Assembly: GCA_030648515.1 (NCBI GenBank)
Contig: JAUSHK010000002.1
Location: 7,799-71,798 of the forward strand
DNA: 64,000 nucleotides
Direction: 5' to 3'
Origin: Candidatus Jorgensenbacteria bacterium
Lineage (GTDB): Bacteria; Patescibacteriota; Minisyncoccia; UBA6257; GWB1-50-10
Below are positions 49,443-59,827 of the stretch, piece by piece. The first letter of the stretch is position 1. Each line of letters starts with the position of its first letter. The translations under genes and the position numbers were made by a program. The notes beneath the pieces are model-generated. The model worked only from the letters and a program-made list of their open reading frames with translations, did not search any database and was not told the DNA's origin.

Positions 49443-51625
49443 AACGTTGGTTTGTTTATTTCCACATCAGCCGCGGCGGTTGTAGTCTCGGACTGGACCT
49501 GAGCGTGAACAAAAGCAAATTGGTTTGCCACTCTATTTTCAACAGTGATATCGTCACCGAAATGGTATTTCGAAGCATTAAGTTTATCGCCATATAGTTT
49601 TGATAAGTACTCCAAAATTACGCTTGGATCGATAAAATTCCGTACAGCATTATAACCATCTCTTTGAAAATCAGACTTGAAGGGAAGGGCCTTACCACCA
49701 CCGTAAGCTGTTGGTGTTAGAACAACTAAAAACTTAGAAACCTCTTCTGAATTAGCTGAGAACCGTAATTTTAAGTATGACTCAACTTCACTCTTTGCTC
49801 CGAACTCATTCCAAATCCAAAGCATTTGGTGAGCATAATTAGGATAGCTCAAATATAGGGCTTCTGTTGAAGCCACCCCTTTAATCTTATCAGCCAAAAA
49901 TTCTCCAAGAGATTTTTCTGTCTCAATAGGTAATTTTCTTTCCGCTTCTGGCCTATCTGCGCCGTGTCTTAGCCAGCGGAAACATTCCACAGCGAAACTT
50001 AATGGATTAGCCTTATCAATAACCTCTTTAGCCAGATTCCCACGGCTAGTCATTTCAATACGAGAGATAAGCATAGAAACAAAAATCGCACCTTGCGAAA
50101 AGGAGCCCAAAAAAGAAAATGTGGTACTTTCCTCGGGTAGTATATTTCCATTCTGAGCAATCGCTACTGCTAATTTTTCTGCGATAGGTGGTTGTATGGA
50201 ATTTTCCAGATAGCGCAATTTCTCAATTAGATGTGCAATACCCTTATTGTTTTTGGAAAGTCCCTTAAAGTCATTTCCGATCTTTTCTATATTAGACTCT
50301 GCGGCCTCAACGAGGAAAGACGCAATAGATTGGTCAGAAACATCGTCCGGAGGAACGCCGTAGCTAAAGTAGCGCTGAAAGTATCGCTCAGAACATACGC
50401 GCTGTTCTCGAACCCATAATTCTTTCCAATCAGATCCGTGCATCGCTCGACTGCTTATTTCAGGGAAAAGCTTTTCGAGTAAGCGGGTTACCGCTTCTTT
50501 TTCGCCAGAAGTTAAGCCCATATTATTGAGACTTTCCGATATCGTCTCGTCAGTCCTTTTTTTGAGTTTCTCTTCAGAAACGATACGTGTATTGCCCAGA
50601 AAAACATCCGGGTTTTCTCGAATAGCGGAGTATAGAGAAGGGTAAAACACCCGCAAACCCTCAATTAGCATTTGGTCTACCGGATTAACCTCCCCCTTAA
50701 GCAGCGGTAGCGCAAAAGCCAAAACATTCGCATATCTTTTTGCTTGCCTTGGAGTTCTTACCCTGGGTTCTATGCCAGGAACAAATTCGTTAACAAAAAT
50801 CTGGGTTTGTTCGTCGGTTAATGTGACTTTACTTGAGGTTAGCGCCGAATCCACCCCTTCGAAAGTGAGATTTCGCAAAGACAAAGAATCGGCTGCGGGT
50901 AAACGCAATGGTACCTGAATAATTTTCTCCAGAAAGTTTCTACCCGCATTTAATCCACCATATTTCTCAGATAGAGATTCGGCAACCATTCCATCGTCGA
51001 ATGCCAAGACATAAGTCACATTTTCAAAACTTGCAGATAACTTAACCAATTTGAAAATCGCCTGGACCTCTTCTTTATCTAATCGGTCTATATCATCAAT
51101 TAAAACCACGATGCGTTTATTAGATTCTTTGAGAATCGCCCCGACTCTTTCACGAAGTTCTTCCAGATCTGTCTCTGCCATCTTCTCTCCGATCTTAGCG
51201 ATGGCCTCACCGGGGTTAACAGAAACCATGCCTCCCAAAAAACTACCAGAAGCGAGTGAAAGTATAGAGCCAATTTTCTGCAATACCCTTCCTAATTCTT
51301 CAGCTTTTGATGGTAATGATTTTCCGAGGTTCTCCGCTAAAATTGAGAAAAAGCCCTCAAGTAATTTAGCCTCCGAACGAAAGTACCATGGGTTAAACTT
51401 AACAAGTACGACATTATCGTATTTCTTAAGGGCTTCGCTCATTAGATTCAAAGTGGAACTTTTCCCATCACCCCATTCACCATAAATACCGATTACAAGG
51501 CCACTCGGATCAGAAGATTGCCCAATTGTATCAGCTATACGCTCCGCGAAAGGCCACCTATTAAACCTATCCTCTTTCTGAACTTTAATCGGTCTATCTG
51601 GTTGATATGACCTTATTTCATCCAT
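49439..51625 (-). CDS. KAP-family P-loop NTPase
   Basis: IGIYGEWGDGKSS, IVVLIDDIDRL, FLEKIIQ, TPR..KR..N. Confidence 0.92.
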   Translation of the reverse strand: MDEIRSYQPDRPIKVQKEDRFNRWPFAERIADTIGQSSDPSGLVIGIYGEWGDGKSSTLNLMSEALKKYDNVVLVKFNPWYFRSEAKLLEGFFSILAENLGKSLPSKAEELGRVLQKIGSILSLASGSFLGGMVSVNPGEAIAKIGEKMAETDLEELRERVGAILKESNKRIVVLIDDIDRLDKEEVQAIFKLVKLSASFENVTYVLAFDDGMVAESLSEKYGGLNAGRNFLEKIIQVPLRLPAADSLSLRNLTFEGVDSALTSSKVTLTDEQTQIFVNEFVPGIEPRVRTPRQAKRYANVLAFALPLLKGEVNPVDQMLIEGLRVFYPSLYSAIRENPDVFLGNTRIVSEEKLKKRTDETISESLNNMGLTSGEKEAVTRLLEKLFPEISSRAMHGSDWKELWVREQRVCSERYFQRYFSYGVPPDDVSDQSIASFLVEAAESNIEKIGNDFKGLSKNNKGIAHLIEKLRYLENSIQPPIAEKLAVAIAQNGNILPEESTTFSFLGSFSQGAIFVSMLISRIEMTSRGNLAKEVIDKANPLSFAVECFRWLRHGADRPEAERKLPIETEKSLGEFLADKIKGVASTEALYLSYPNYAHQMLWIWNEFGAKSEVESYLKLRFSANSEEVSKFLVVLTPTAYGGGKALPFKSDFQRDGYNAVRNFIDPSVILEYLSKLYGDKLNASKYHFGDDITVENRVANQFAFVHAQVQSETTTAAADVEINKPTL

Positions 51626-51633
51626 ATACTCAA

Positions 51634-51679
51634 ATACTACGAGTCGTTTATTGCTGTGTCAACAAAAGTAAAGTATCAT
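51634..51679. promoter_or_regulatory. Overlapping divergent sigma70 promoters
   Basis: Minus TTGACA-17-TAGTAT (KAP); plus TTGCTG-17-TATCAT (HTH-hsd). Confidence 0.65.
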
Positions 51680-51685
51680 ATAGAC

Positions 51686-51865
51686 ATGACTTTGAGCGAC
51701 GATTTCTATACGGCAGAGGAGCTGGCAACAAAGCTGAAACTGAACGTGATGACCATCTACCGCTACATAAAAGCCGGCAAGTTGAAGGCACACAAAATCG
51801 GCAAGGAATACCGGATTGGTCGCACTGAGTTCGAGCGGTTTATACGCGATACGAGAACAAAATAA
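51686..51865 (+). CDS. Excisionase-like helix-turn-helix (HTH_17) protein
   Basis: YT.EE.A..L.....TIYR.I..G.L.A.KIG..YRI. Confidence 0.88.
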   Translation: MTLSDDFYTAEELATKLKLNVMTIYRYIKAGKLKAHKIGKEYRIGRTEFERFIRDTRTK

Positions 51866-51867
51866 CC

Positions 51868-54171
51868 ATGCCAAAAAAATCAGAAAATCAAATGGGCGCG
51901 ATTACCGAGCAAGATGCTCGTATTGTGATCAACCGGAAACTCCAAGAAGCCGGATGGACTCTTGAAGGTGCAAACCGCAACATACTGACAGAACAACATT
52001 CGCAGGCGGGCTTTATGGACTACCTCCTACTTGACCGCAACGGCCACAATCTCGCGCTTGTTGAAGCAAAGAAGGATTCCATTAATCCCTATATCGCCAA
52101 AAACCAAGCTCGCGGTTATGCTGAGGCAAACAACTGTCGCTACGTCTTCCTCGCAAACTCAGAACAACTTTACTTCTGGGATCTCGAGGAAGGCGACGCT
52201 ACACCAATCGAGCGATTCATCTCTCCACAAGATCTTCAGCGCAGACATGACTTGAAGCAGTCGCATAAACCACTCTCATCAGTAGAACACAACGATACGA
52301 TCTGCGATCGCCCATACCAAAAGACAGCATCAGACACGATTGCTAAGCAATTTGACGAAGGCAAACGAGCGTTCTTGCTGGAGATGGCGACAGGGACCGG
52401 AAAGACGCGGCTCTCGGCCGCAATCATCGACCGTTTCCTAAAAGCCCATCAGGCAGAGCGGGTCCTTTTTATCGTCGACCGCATAGAGCTCGCAAAGCAA
52501 GCACTTGATGCTTTCCAATTCGCATTCAAAGACGACTACAGAGCGGTTCGATACAAGCCCGGACAGCATGCGGTATTCGGCGGCGCGAACATCGTGGTCG
52601 CGACAATTCAGAGCTTGAACATTCACTTCCGTGAAGACTTTACCCCCGGATACTTTGATCTCGTATTCAACGACGAAGCGCACCGGTCCATTTACGGAGA
52701 TCTACCGCGTCAGGTAGTCGAGTATTTCCAAGCGGTTCGTATTGGGCTTACGGCGACTCCGAATGATTTTCTCAAAAATATTGATGTCGATAAACTCCGA
52801 GATGATGATCCGCTCAAACTGGAGTATCGCTACGCCCGGGACACCTATAAACATTTTGGCTGCGACATAAGCACACCGACATTCCGCTTCACAATTCAAG
52901 ACGGTGTAAAAGGCGGCTATCTGGTCACGCCACGCATCGCTCGCATGGTTTCAATTATCACCAAAGAAGCGGTGTCAGAAGTGGGTTGGCAAGTCGAGAT
53001 CGACGGCGAAAATTACACTTACCGCATCTCACAGCTCGAGAGGCGCGTGCTCGTACCAAAGCGCAACGAACTTATCTGCCAACAATTCCTTCAAAACGCG
53101 CTCAAGACGCCGGACGGATCAATCGGTAAATCCATCATCTTCGCGGTCTCGCAAAATCATGCCGTGGCAATCGCTCGCGAACTGAACCGACTCACGCCGG
53201 AGCACAACGGCAAATTCGCCGAGGTCATCACCTCACGCGTGAAAGGAGCATCCGATCTTGCAAAACAATTCCGCAAAGACGAAAACTTTTACCCAAGAAT
53301 TGCGGTAAGCGTCGACATGCTTACGACCGGCTTCGATGCACCCGAAGTGCTCAACATCGTACTTGCTCGGCCTATCGCATCGCCAACCACTTACATCCAG
53401 ATCAAGGGACGCGGTACTCGCAAGTACACGTTCCCGGACGGCACGGAAAAGAAACAATTCCTCGTACACGACTTCTGTGAGGTCGTGAAATACTTCGAAG
53501 AAGAATATGACTTTGAAGCACCGGCTCCAGTGACCGGCGGTGGCGGTGGTACGCCTCCTCCACCCCCACCCCCTCCGGAAGTTCAGATTTACGGCGGTGT
53601 TGACGAAATGGCATTTACTGAAATGCTTGAAGTTGGACCGGAAGGAGAAAAAGTAGATCGCCTTGTCTACATCAGTAAATGGGAAAAAGCTATCAAGGAA
53701 GTTCTTGAGAAGAACCCAGAAATTGCCGAGCGGGTTAAGGTCGGCGACGATCAGGAAGTCGAGGAGTTTGTTCGCGAGAATGTTTTCGACAGACCAAAAG
53801 ATTTCTTCAACGAGCGCAACCTTTCACGAGCATACCGCGTCTTTGCCGGGCTCTTGGATTACGTCCGGGCAGGACTTGGTACGGAGAAACTTCCGAGCCG
53901 AGAAGAGCAGCTCATGGAGTTGGTTGAGAGCATACGCACTGAGCATGATCTCGACCTCGAACAGACGCGGCTATTAAAGATACTGGTCAAACAACTAAGC
54001 CAGAGTTCACAACTTCTTTCACGGTTCGAGAAGGGAGATTACGCGTTCCTCGATGAAGCCCCGTTTTCGCAGTTTGGCGGCACTCGCATGTACATAGCTC
54101 GCTTTGATACCAAGTTAGGGGTAGTGTTTGATTCGGTACGCACTAACCCGGCAATAGCGATTGTCGAATAA
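51868..54171 (+). CDS. hsdR: Type I restriction enzyme R subunit (EcoAI/EcoEI-like)
   Basis: DY....EAK nuclease, MATGTGKT, DEAH, GLTATP, Q.KGRGTR. Confidence 0.92.
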   Translation: MPKKSENQMGAITEQDARIVINRKLQEAGWTLEGANRNILTEQHSQAGFMDYLLLDRNGHNLALVEAKKDSINPYIAKNQARGYAEANNCRYVFLANSEQLYFWDLEEGDATPIERFISPQDLQRRHDLKQSHKPLSSVEHNDTICDRPYQKTASDTIAKQFDEGKRAFLLEMATGTGKTRLSAAIIDRFLKAHQAERVLFIVDRIELAKQALDAFQFAFKDDYRAVRYKPGQHAVFGGANIVVATIQSLNIHFREDFTPGYFDLVFNDEAHRSIYGDLPRQVVEYFQAVRIGLTATPNDFLKNIDVDKLRDDDPLKLEYRYARDTYKHFGCDISTPTFRFTIQDGVKGGYLVTPRIARMVSIITKEAVSEVGWQVEIDGENYTYRISQLERRVLVPKRNELICQQFLQNALKTPDGSIGKSIIFAVSQNHAVAIARELNRLTPEHNGKFAEVITSRVKGASDLAKQFRKDENFYPRIAVSVDMLTTGFDAPEVLNIVLARPIASPTTYIQIKGRGTRKYTFPDGTEKKQFLVHDFCEVVKYFEEEYDFEAPAPVTGGGGGTPPPPPPPPEVQIYGGVDEMAFTEMLEVGPEGEKVDRLVYISKWEKAIKEVLEKNPEIAERVKVGDDQEVEEFVRENVFDRPKDFFNERNLSRAYRVFAGLLDYVRAGLGTEKLPSREEQLMELVESIRTEHDLDLEQTRLLKILVKQLSQSSQLLSRFEKGDYAFLDEAPFSQFGGTRMYIARFDTKLGVVFDSVRTNPAIAIVE

Positions 54172-54174
54172 ACT

Positions 54175-55653
54175 ATGGCACTTCAATTCACAAATTCAGA
54201 CCTGAGGCAAAAGATCGATCAGATTATGAACGAGCTTTTTGCCGGCGGCGTCAACAACCCAATGACGTCGATCGAACAGATCAGCTATCTCATGTTCTTG
54301 AAGTCACTCACTGAATTTGATGAGCACCAAGAACGGATAGCCAAACTGTCCGGTAAGAAGTACGAGAGCATCTTCAACGGCAAGATCAGCAAGTTCGGTT
54401 GGCGCGTGATTAGCCGCCTTTCTGGAGACGAGCTCTACAACACACTCGTCGAGGTTTTCGAGCACCTTCACGAACTGCCAAAACTCACAAGTACCGGAAA
54501 GACACTTTTCCGACAGGCGCATCTCAAAATCTACAATCGCCCAACATTGAGGTCGGTGGTAAGCATCATCGACTCGATGGACTACAACAACACCGAGAAG
54601 TATGACACCGACGTTAAGGGCGACATGTATGAATACCTTTTGAATCGCATTGCGGTCTCTGGGACAAATGGCCAATTCCGCACTCCTCGCCAGATCATTC
54701 GAGCAATGATCGAGCTCGCCAAACCTAAACCATCCGATCTGATACTTGACCCCGCGTGCGGCACGGCCGGCTTCCTCATCGAATCCTACAAATACATTCT
54801 TCGCACCAACACAAGCGAGGAAGAACTCAAGGAAGGACATGAATCTGGAGATAAACTGACGCCGGCCCAGCATGAGTTCCTTCGCACCAAAGCAATCAAC
54901 GGGTTTGATAACGATGCAGACATGATCAAGGTGGCGATCATGAACCTTTACCTTCACGATCTTTCGCAATCAAACGTGCTGAATTTCGATCCGCTCACAT
55001 TACCCGAAGAAAAGAAACGCAAGTACGATTTGGTACTCGCAAATCCTCCATTCGCCGGCAATATCAACAGCGAAGCCATTCAGGAAGACATCGGGCTCAG
55101 CACCACAAAAACAGAGCTTTTATTCCTCAAGTACATGTATGACCATCTCGTGGACGGCGGCCGCTGCGTGGTAGTCGTGCCGGAAGGCATACTCTTCGGA
55201 TCAACTGGGGCGCATAAGAAAATGCGTGAAATCCTCATGGACACCTGTCAGATAAACGCCATCGTGAGTTTACCGTCCGGCGTATTCAAACCGTACGCAG
55301 GCGTAAAAACTGCGATCATTTTCTACACCAAAGGCGGCAAAACAAATAAGGTCTGGTTCTATGAAGTCACCGGGGACGGCTACACTCTCGACGATCGTCG
55401 CCAGCCGGACCCGTCAAACAACAATCTCAAAGATTTACCCGAAGCGTTTGAGAGAAAAGAAGTCGAAGGTCAAAGTTGGTTTGCCGAAAGGGACAAAATT
55501 GTAGCTGAGGATTATAACCTCACTGCTTCGCGCTACAAACCGGCCAGTACGGAGGTAATAAATCACCGCGATCCGAAAGAAATCATCGGCGAAGTTATGA
55601 CCCTTGAGAAAGAGATCGCTGACGGCCTCGAGAAGCTGAAGAAGCAACTATGA
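54175..55653 (+). CDS. hsdM: Type I R-M m6A methyltransferase
   Basis: GQFRTPR, DPACGT.GFL, NPPF. Confidence 0.95.
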   Translation: MALQFTNSDLRQKIDQIMNELFAGGVNNPMTSIEQISYLMFLKSLTEFDEHQERIAKLSGKKYESIFNGKISKFGWRVISRLSGDELYNTLVEVFEHLHELPKLTSTGKTLFRQAHLKIYNRPTLRSVVSIIDSMDYNNTEKYDTDVKGDMYEYLLNRIAVSGTNGQFRTPRQIIRAMIELAKPKPSDLILDPACGTAGFLIESYKYILRTNTSEEELKEGHESGDKLTPAQHEFLRTKAINGFDNDADMIKVAIMNLYLHDLSQSNVLNFDPLTLPEEKKRKYDLVLANPPFAGNINSEAIQEDIGLSTTKTELLFLKYMYDHLVDGGRCVVVVPEGILFGSTGAHKKMREILMDTCQINAIVSLPSGVFKPYAGVKTAIIFYTKGGKTNKVWFYEVTGDGYTLDDRRQPDPSNNNLKDLPEAFERKEVEGQSWFAERDKIVAEDYNLTASRYKPASTEVINHRDPKEIIGEVMTLEKEIADGLEKLKKQL

Positions 55654-55654
55654 T

Positions 55655-56806
55655 ATGGCAACAAAAGATTTTCAGATCAAAGACATACTAGACTTCCAAA
55701 AAAAATCTCACAGAAAAGCTGGGGATGGGTTAGCGTCGGGTAAGTATCCATTCTTCACGTCGAGCCAACTACAAACAAAGTGGTTCGACGAAGCTGACTA
55801 TAAGATCGAGGCAATCATTCTCGGCACGGGCGGCGCACCGAGCGTTCACTGTTCCAAGAATTTCTCAACAAGCGCTGACGTCTTCATTCTTGCCACAAAA
55901 GATTCGAACATTTCGACAAAATATGTCTGCTATTTTTTACAAGGAAACAAGAACTTGCTCGCGCGGGGTTTTAAGGGCGCAGGACTTAAACATCTATCTC
56001 GTGATTACACAACCAAAATAAACATTCCGATTCCAATCGATAACAAGGGTAACCCGGACATCAAAGAGCAAGATCGGATTGTCGCATTACTTGAAAAAGC
56101 AGAGGAGCTGAAAAGAAAACGAGCTGAGGCGGATAAGAAAATGGCTACTGTAATCCCGGCGCTGTTTAGCCAGATGTTTGGGGATCTGAATAGTAATCCG
56201 ATGAAGTGGCCTGTGGTTCTAATAGGTTCAGTTGTGGATGAAACTCGCGGAGTTAAGTGTGGTCCGTTTGGAAGTGCTCTTAAGCGTAAAGAATACGTGT
56301 CTGATGGAATTCCTGTATGGGGAATTCAAAATATGAAGCCCAATAAGTTTATTGAAGATGGGCCGCTATTCATTACAGAAGAAAAATTCAATCATCTACT
56401 TTCATACAAGGTAGAAAGTGGGGATTTACTCATATCACGTGCAGGAACCGTTGGTATGGTGTGTGTGGCCAGACCAACAAAAAGAGATTCAATCATAGGA
56501 ACGAACCTAATTCGGGTTGCATTGGATCAGAAGGTGATCGTGCCAGAATTCCTTTCAACTTTAATGAACGAATTTAAGTCAAAATCAAGAGAGCTAAAAG
56601 TGGACGCCAACGAAGGATCCTATTCTTTTGTCAGCACGAAAGGGATAAAGAAAATTAACATATACCTTCCACCCATCGATCTACAAAAGGAATTTACAGA
56701 CAGGGCGAAAGAAATCCTCACCTTCGGAGAAAAACAAAAGAGGTCGACGGCAAACATTAACGGGCTGTTCTCTTCGCTTCTCGCAGGAGCATTCGTAACA
56801 AAATGA
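55655..56806 (+). CDS. hsdS: Type I R-M specificity subunit
   Basis: Two TRDs each followed by a P..EQ..I / PP..LQ..F conserved helix. Confidence 0.92.
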   Translation: MATKDFQIKDILDFQKKSHRKAGDGLASGKYPFFTSSQLQTKWFDEADYKIEAIILGTGGAPSVHCSKNFSTSADVFILATKDSNISTKYVCYFLQGNKNLLARGFKGAGLKHLSRDYTTKINIPIPIDNKGNPDIKEQDRIVALLEKAEELKRKRAEADKKMATVIPALFSQMFGDLNSNPMKWPVVLIGSVVDETRGVKCGPFGSALKRKEYVSDGIPVWGIQNMKPNKFIEDGPLFITEEKFNHLLSYKVESGDLLISRAGTVGMVCVARPTKRDSIIGTNLIRVALDQKVIVPEFLSTLMNEFKSKSRELKVDANEGSYSFVSTKGIKKINIYLPPIDLQKEFTDRAKEILTFGEKQKRSTANINGLFSSLLAGAFVTK

Positions 56807-57039
56807 GTGACAAAAAAAATACAAAACCAATACTTCCTTGGGAAAATAGCGAGCTCGAGAAAATGCTCTTAGAGCTTATTGCACATGGGGCCGAAACCGC
56901 AAAAATAGACTTCAAGGTGGAGATGGTGCAGAAAAGTTGGAACCATATTGAAAGCTACATTTTTGAAACTTATGAGCTTTTAGAGGGGTTTAAGACGATC
57001 AGAAAAAACCTTGAAATAGGTCCTGTTGTAGTGACATAA
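56803..57039 (+). pseudogene. Truncated AlbA_2/Schlafen-like N-terminal fragment
   Basis: LI..G.E...IDFK followed by unrelated sequence; only 78 aa. Confidence 0.5.
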
Positions 57040-57065
57040 TAGACACATAGCAGTAGTTGAATACT

Positions 57066-57566
57066 ATGGAAGAAAACAAGAGTTATTCGTCGGAACAATG
57101 GTGGGACGAGATGCAAAAGGGTAAACTTTGTGGCGGGCATACACCAGTAGGAGGCGTTTGTAATTTAGAGTGTCCCAGTTGCCATACTTATGGTTGGTAT
57201 GGCGCGAGGATTCAACCAGCAATTAATGGCGTGGATGTAAAAATAACACGAGATTATGTCATAGCAGATGGAAAATCATATCCTATAACCCGCAAATATC
57301 GGTGTTGTAAGTGGTGTGGCCTTTTGCAAGAAGCTTGGGGTAATGTTCTAGATGATAATCATCAAAAGGGTAATCCGTATAAAGCCTGTTTAATACGACA
57401 TAAAAAATGCGGAAAAGGAATAGAGCCCACCTGGGCAACGTTTTTCCCGGAAGGTGTTCCGTGCAAAGATTGTGGGGAAAACGTTGAACAATTTGTTCCA
57501 AAAGATGATCCAGCACTCCGAAAAGATAAGGAATTGCTTGATAGGCTACATGGCATAATATCGTAA
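57066..57566 (+). CDS. Hypothetical Cys-rich (zinc-binding) protein
   Basis: CPSC, CKWC, H..C, CKDC. Confidence 0.7.
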   Translation: MEENKSYSSEQWWDEMQKGKLCGGHTPVGGVCNLECPSCHTYGWYGARIQPAINGVDVKITRDYVIADGKSYPITRKYRCCKWCGLLQEAWGNVLDDNHQKGNPYKACLIRHKKCGKGIEPTWATFFPEGVPCKDCGENVEQFVPKDDPALRKDKELLDRLHGIIS

Positions 57567-57622
57567 TTGCCCCGTGCTTACGCAGAACCACTACTCATAA
57601 CTTCTGCGTCGTTATAATTGCT

Positions 57623-57970
57623 TCATAATCCGTGTTCACGCAGGCAATTCACATATTGCGCGTTTGAAGGTTGTTTCTTAGAATTTCTCTCGGGCTGGGC
57701 CGGGGTCGCATCATAACATCCATACAATTTATTAATTTCTTCTATAGTTTTTGGAACAGTTGGTTTTGATTTTAAGCACTCGGGCCAATCGGGAGATGCT
57801 GGTTTGGCGGGAACGGCGTCATAATGCACCTCAATCCAAGCGCAACCGGATTTAATGATTGAGGGCCTTAATCCAAACCAATAGAACCCACCAGCAATGG
57901 TTAGAATTACCAAAGACAAGAGGGTTAACTTGAACCAATTATCCAATAAAAATTCTTTGGGTATTTTCAT
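57623..57970 (-). CDS. Hypothetical membrane-anchored protein
   Basis: TM, ends CLREHGL; ATGA coupling with the upstream gene. Confidence 0.7.
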   Translation of the reverse strand: MKIPKEFLLDNWFKLTLLSLVILTIAGGFYWFGLRPSIIKSGCAWIEVHYDAVPAKPASPDWPECLKSKPTVPKTIEEINKLYGCYDATPAQPERNSKKQPSNAQYVNCLREHGL

Positions 57971-58287
57971 GATTCTGCATATGGAACCCCTCTTCGATGT
58001 GGATACATGCATTCATTGCGTACATTTTCGTTAAATACGGGATTATTACAGTCCCTGGATTTCGTTTCCGGAATTACTTTTGTCGATGTTGATTGTGATT
58101 GAACCGGTCCAGCCTCCGGTGCTTGTATTTGTAACGATGCCTCGATTGCTCTAATCTGCGCCTGAATCATCTGAATTTGAATCATAATTTCGTTTATCTT
58201 CATCAGAATTTCTTCTCGAGTCATCGCTCCCACCAAACCTGGCAGCAATGTCAACACGATCGTAATCATTATGATTGTTTTTTTCAT
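57967..58287 (-). CDS. Hypothetical secreted coiled-coil protein
   Basis: Signal peptide MKKTII..GA; IQ-rich heptads. Confidence 0.65.
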   Translation of the reverse strand: MKKTIIMITIVLTLLPGLVGAMTREEILMKINEIMIQIQMIQAQIRAIEASLQIQAPEAGPVQSQSTSTKVIPETKSRDCNNPVFNENVRNECMYPHRRGVPYAES

Positions 58288-58308
58288 ATGCGAAGTAATT
58301 CGTTTTAA

Positions 58309-58432
58309 GGTGCTGGCCGTAAACCACAAAGCTCGCAGCCAGCGATCTCTTGCGAGACCCGTATAGGTTTCCCCATACAACGTTTCCACGTGCTCTGACT
58401 ACGAGCTTTCTGCGTGGAAACGTTTAGAGACC
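58309..58432 (-). ncRNA. Putative C4/CI-like structured RNA
   Basis: Interleaved inverted repeats 58379-58390/58413-58424 and 58328-58342/58395-58409; GGTCTCTAAAC...GGTTTAC ends; GCAA-capped hairpin. Confidence 0.45.
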
Positions 58433-58563
58433 GTGCTGCCGGTTACCCGATCAGTTTAGGTCCGCCTTTCGGCTATTAAGTTGTAATTTGATAATAGTTT
58501 AAACAGAAAGTAAAGTAAAGATTGAGAAAGTTGGTAAAGAGTAGTAAATTTAAGGAAACCGCG

Positions 58564-59223
58564 ATGAAATTCAATCCAAACGACCTGGAAGGTTTTATCT
58601 TGGAAGGCATAAATATAGGGAAACAGACGGTGGTAGTAGAAAACTGTACACAGCTCAGCGGCCTACGCCGCCGCTACTTGGATTGGATATATCAGATAAA
58701 GGAGTTTCTAGAAAAAGAAAAGGTTTCTTTCTCGGAAGAATCATTTTTTTACGAGGAAGATGAGGTCATGGGTACAATCAATAGGGGTTGCGGAATAAAC
58801 ATTCAAGATGAATTTGCGCAACAGCTTATAAAAAATATAAGACTTGAAGTTAGAAACAAGTTAAGGTATCTGAGAAATACTGCCAAAAAGTTAAAAAAGA
58901 CAAATCAAAATATTATATTTCTTGATACCGCTGGTAATTTATGGCGCGAACCCAGGAAAAGTTATTGTTATCCACTGGGTGAGAAAAGCGAAAGATTCAG
59001 CATAATTAAATTACTCGCGGAAAATAAGGGATATCTAAAGACAAAAGATATCTCACTTGCTTTGAATGGTAAAAGCGAGCAATCAATACGCACAGAGATA
59101 GGTAAAATTAGAAAAAACATAAGTCGTTATCTCAAAATAAATAGCAAGGGAATAATAGAAGCAAAAAAAGAAAGTGGTTATAGAATATCTCCCGATTACA
59201 AAATTGTACTGAAAAAGGATTAA
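58564..59223 (+). CDS. Hypothetical protein with C-terminal winged helix
   Basis: SIR..I..IR..I...L...I.....GYRI (OmpR/PhoB-type wHTH pattern). Confidence 0.7.
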   Translation: MKFNPNDLEGFILEGINIGKQTVVVENCTQLSGLRRRYLDWIYQIKEFLEKEKVSFSEESFFYEEDEVMGTINRGCGINIQDEFAQQLIKNIRLEVRNKLRYLRNTAKKLKKTNQNIIFLDTAGNLWREPRKSYCYPLGEKSERFSIIKLLAENKGYLKTKDISLALNGKSEQSIRTEIGKIRKNISRYLKINSKGIIEAKKESGYRISPDYKIVLKKD

Positions 59224-59369
59224 ATTATTGATACTCCTCTCATACTGTTCATAAGTTTTTACAAAACGGCTAAAATAGGCCGTTTTTTGGTTCTTGAGTT
59301 GTATCAAAAGATTATGTAAGTACCGAGTGATCGCGTGTAGTCTGAAGTTAAGATCGAAATAACAACTAC

Positions 59370-59561
59370 ATGCTGCCCAAAGAAGCAATAATTGAATACA
59401 AAAAATTGTTCCACCGCCATTATGGGATTGAATTGAGCGATACAGAGGCGGAAAACCGCGCTAACAACTTGGTTAATCTTTACCAAGCCGTTTATCAGCC
59501 GGCAAATTTTGGGAAAATCCCGGACAAGAAAATTGAAAATCCTGATTTGCCCCTTAATTAG
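59370..59561 (+). CDS. Small hypothetical protein
   Basis: 63 aa; AI.EYK......G..LSD.EA...A.NL..LY. Confidence 0.65.
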   Translation: MLPKEAIIEYKKLFHRHYGIELSDTEAENRANNLVNLYQAVYQPANFGKIPDKKIENPDLPLN

Positions 59562-59827
59562 GGTCAGATCAGGGTTTTTAACCCAATTCGCAAAGGGGTG
59601 CACGCGTAGCACTGGCCAAGGCGAAATAAAACAAAACTTGGCAAAGATTACGCGCGACCGACCGAAGCGACCGATATACCGAATGTCTATGTCTTAAAAA
59701 ACTGACTTTGGGCGTGAACGAGATTTCACGCGTCAGGAACCGAAAGAAAAGGAAAACACATAGAGATATTCGGGTTGAGGGAGCGAGGGAGGGAAGGTGT
59801 TCGGAATAAAGAAGGGCGGAAAGTATT

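Noticed and set aside
53536-53577. Gly/Pro tract in hsdR as a phase-variable repeat
   Set aside because: Mixed codons, not a simple sequence repeat; reads as an interdomain linker
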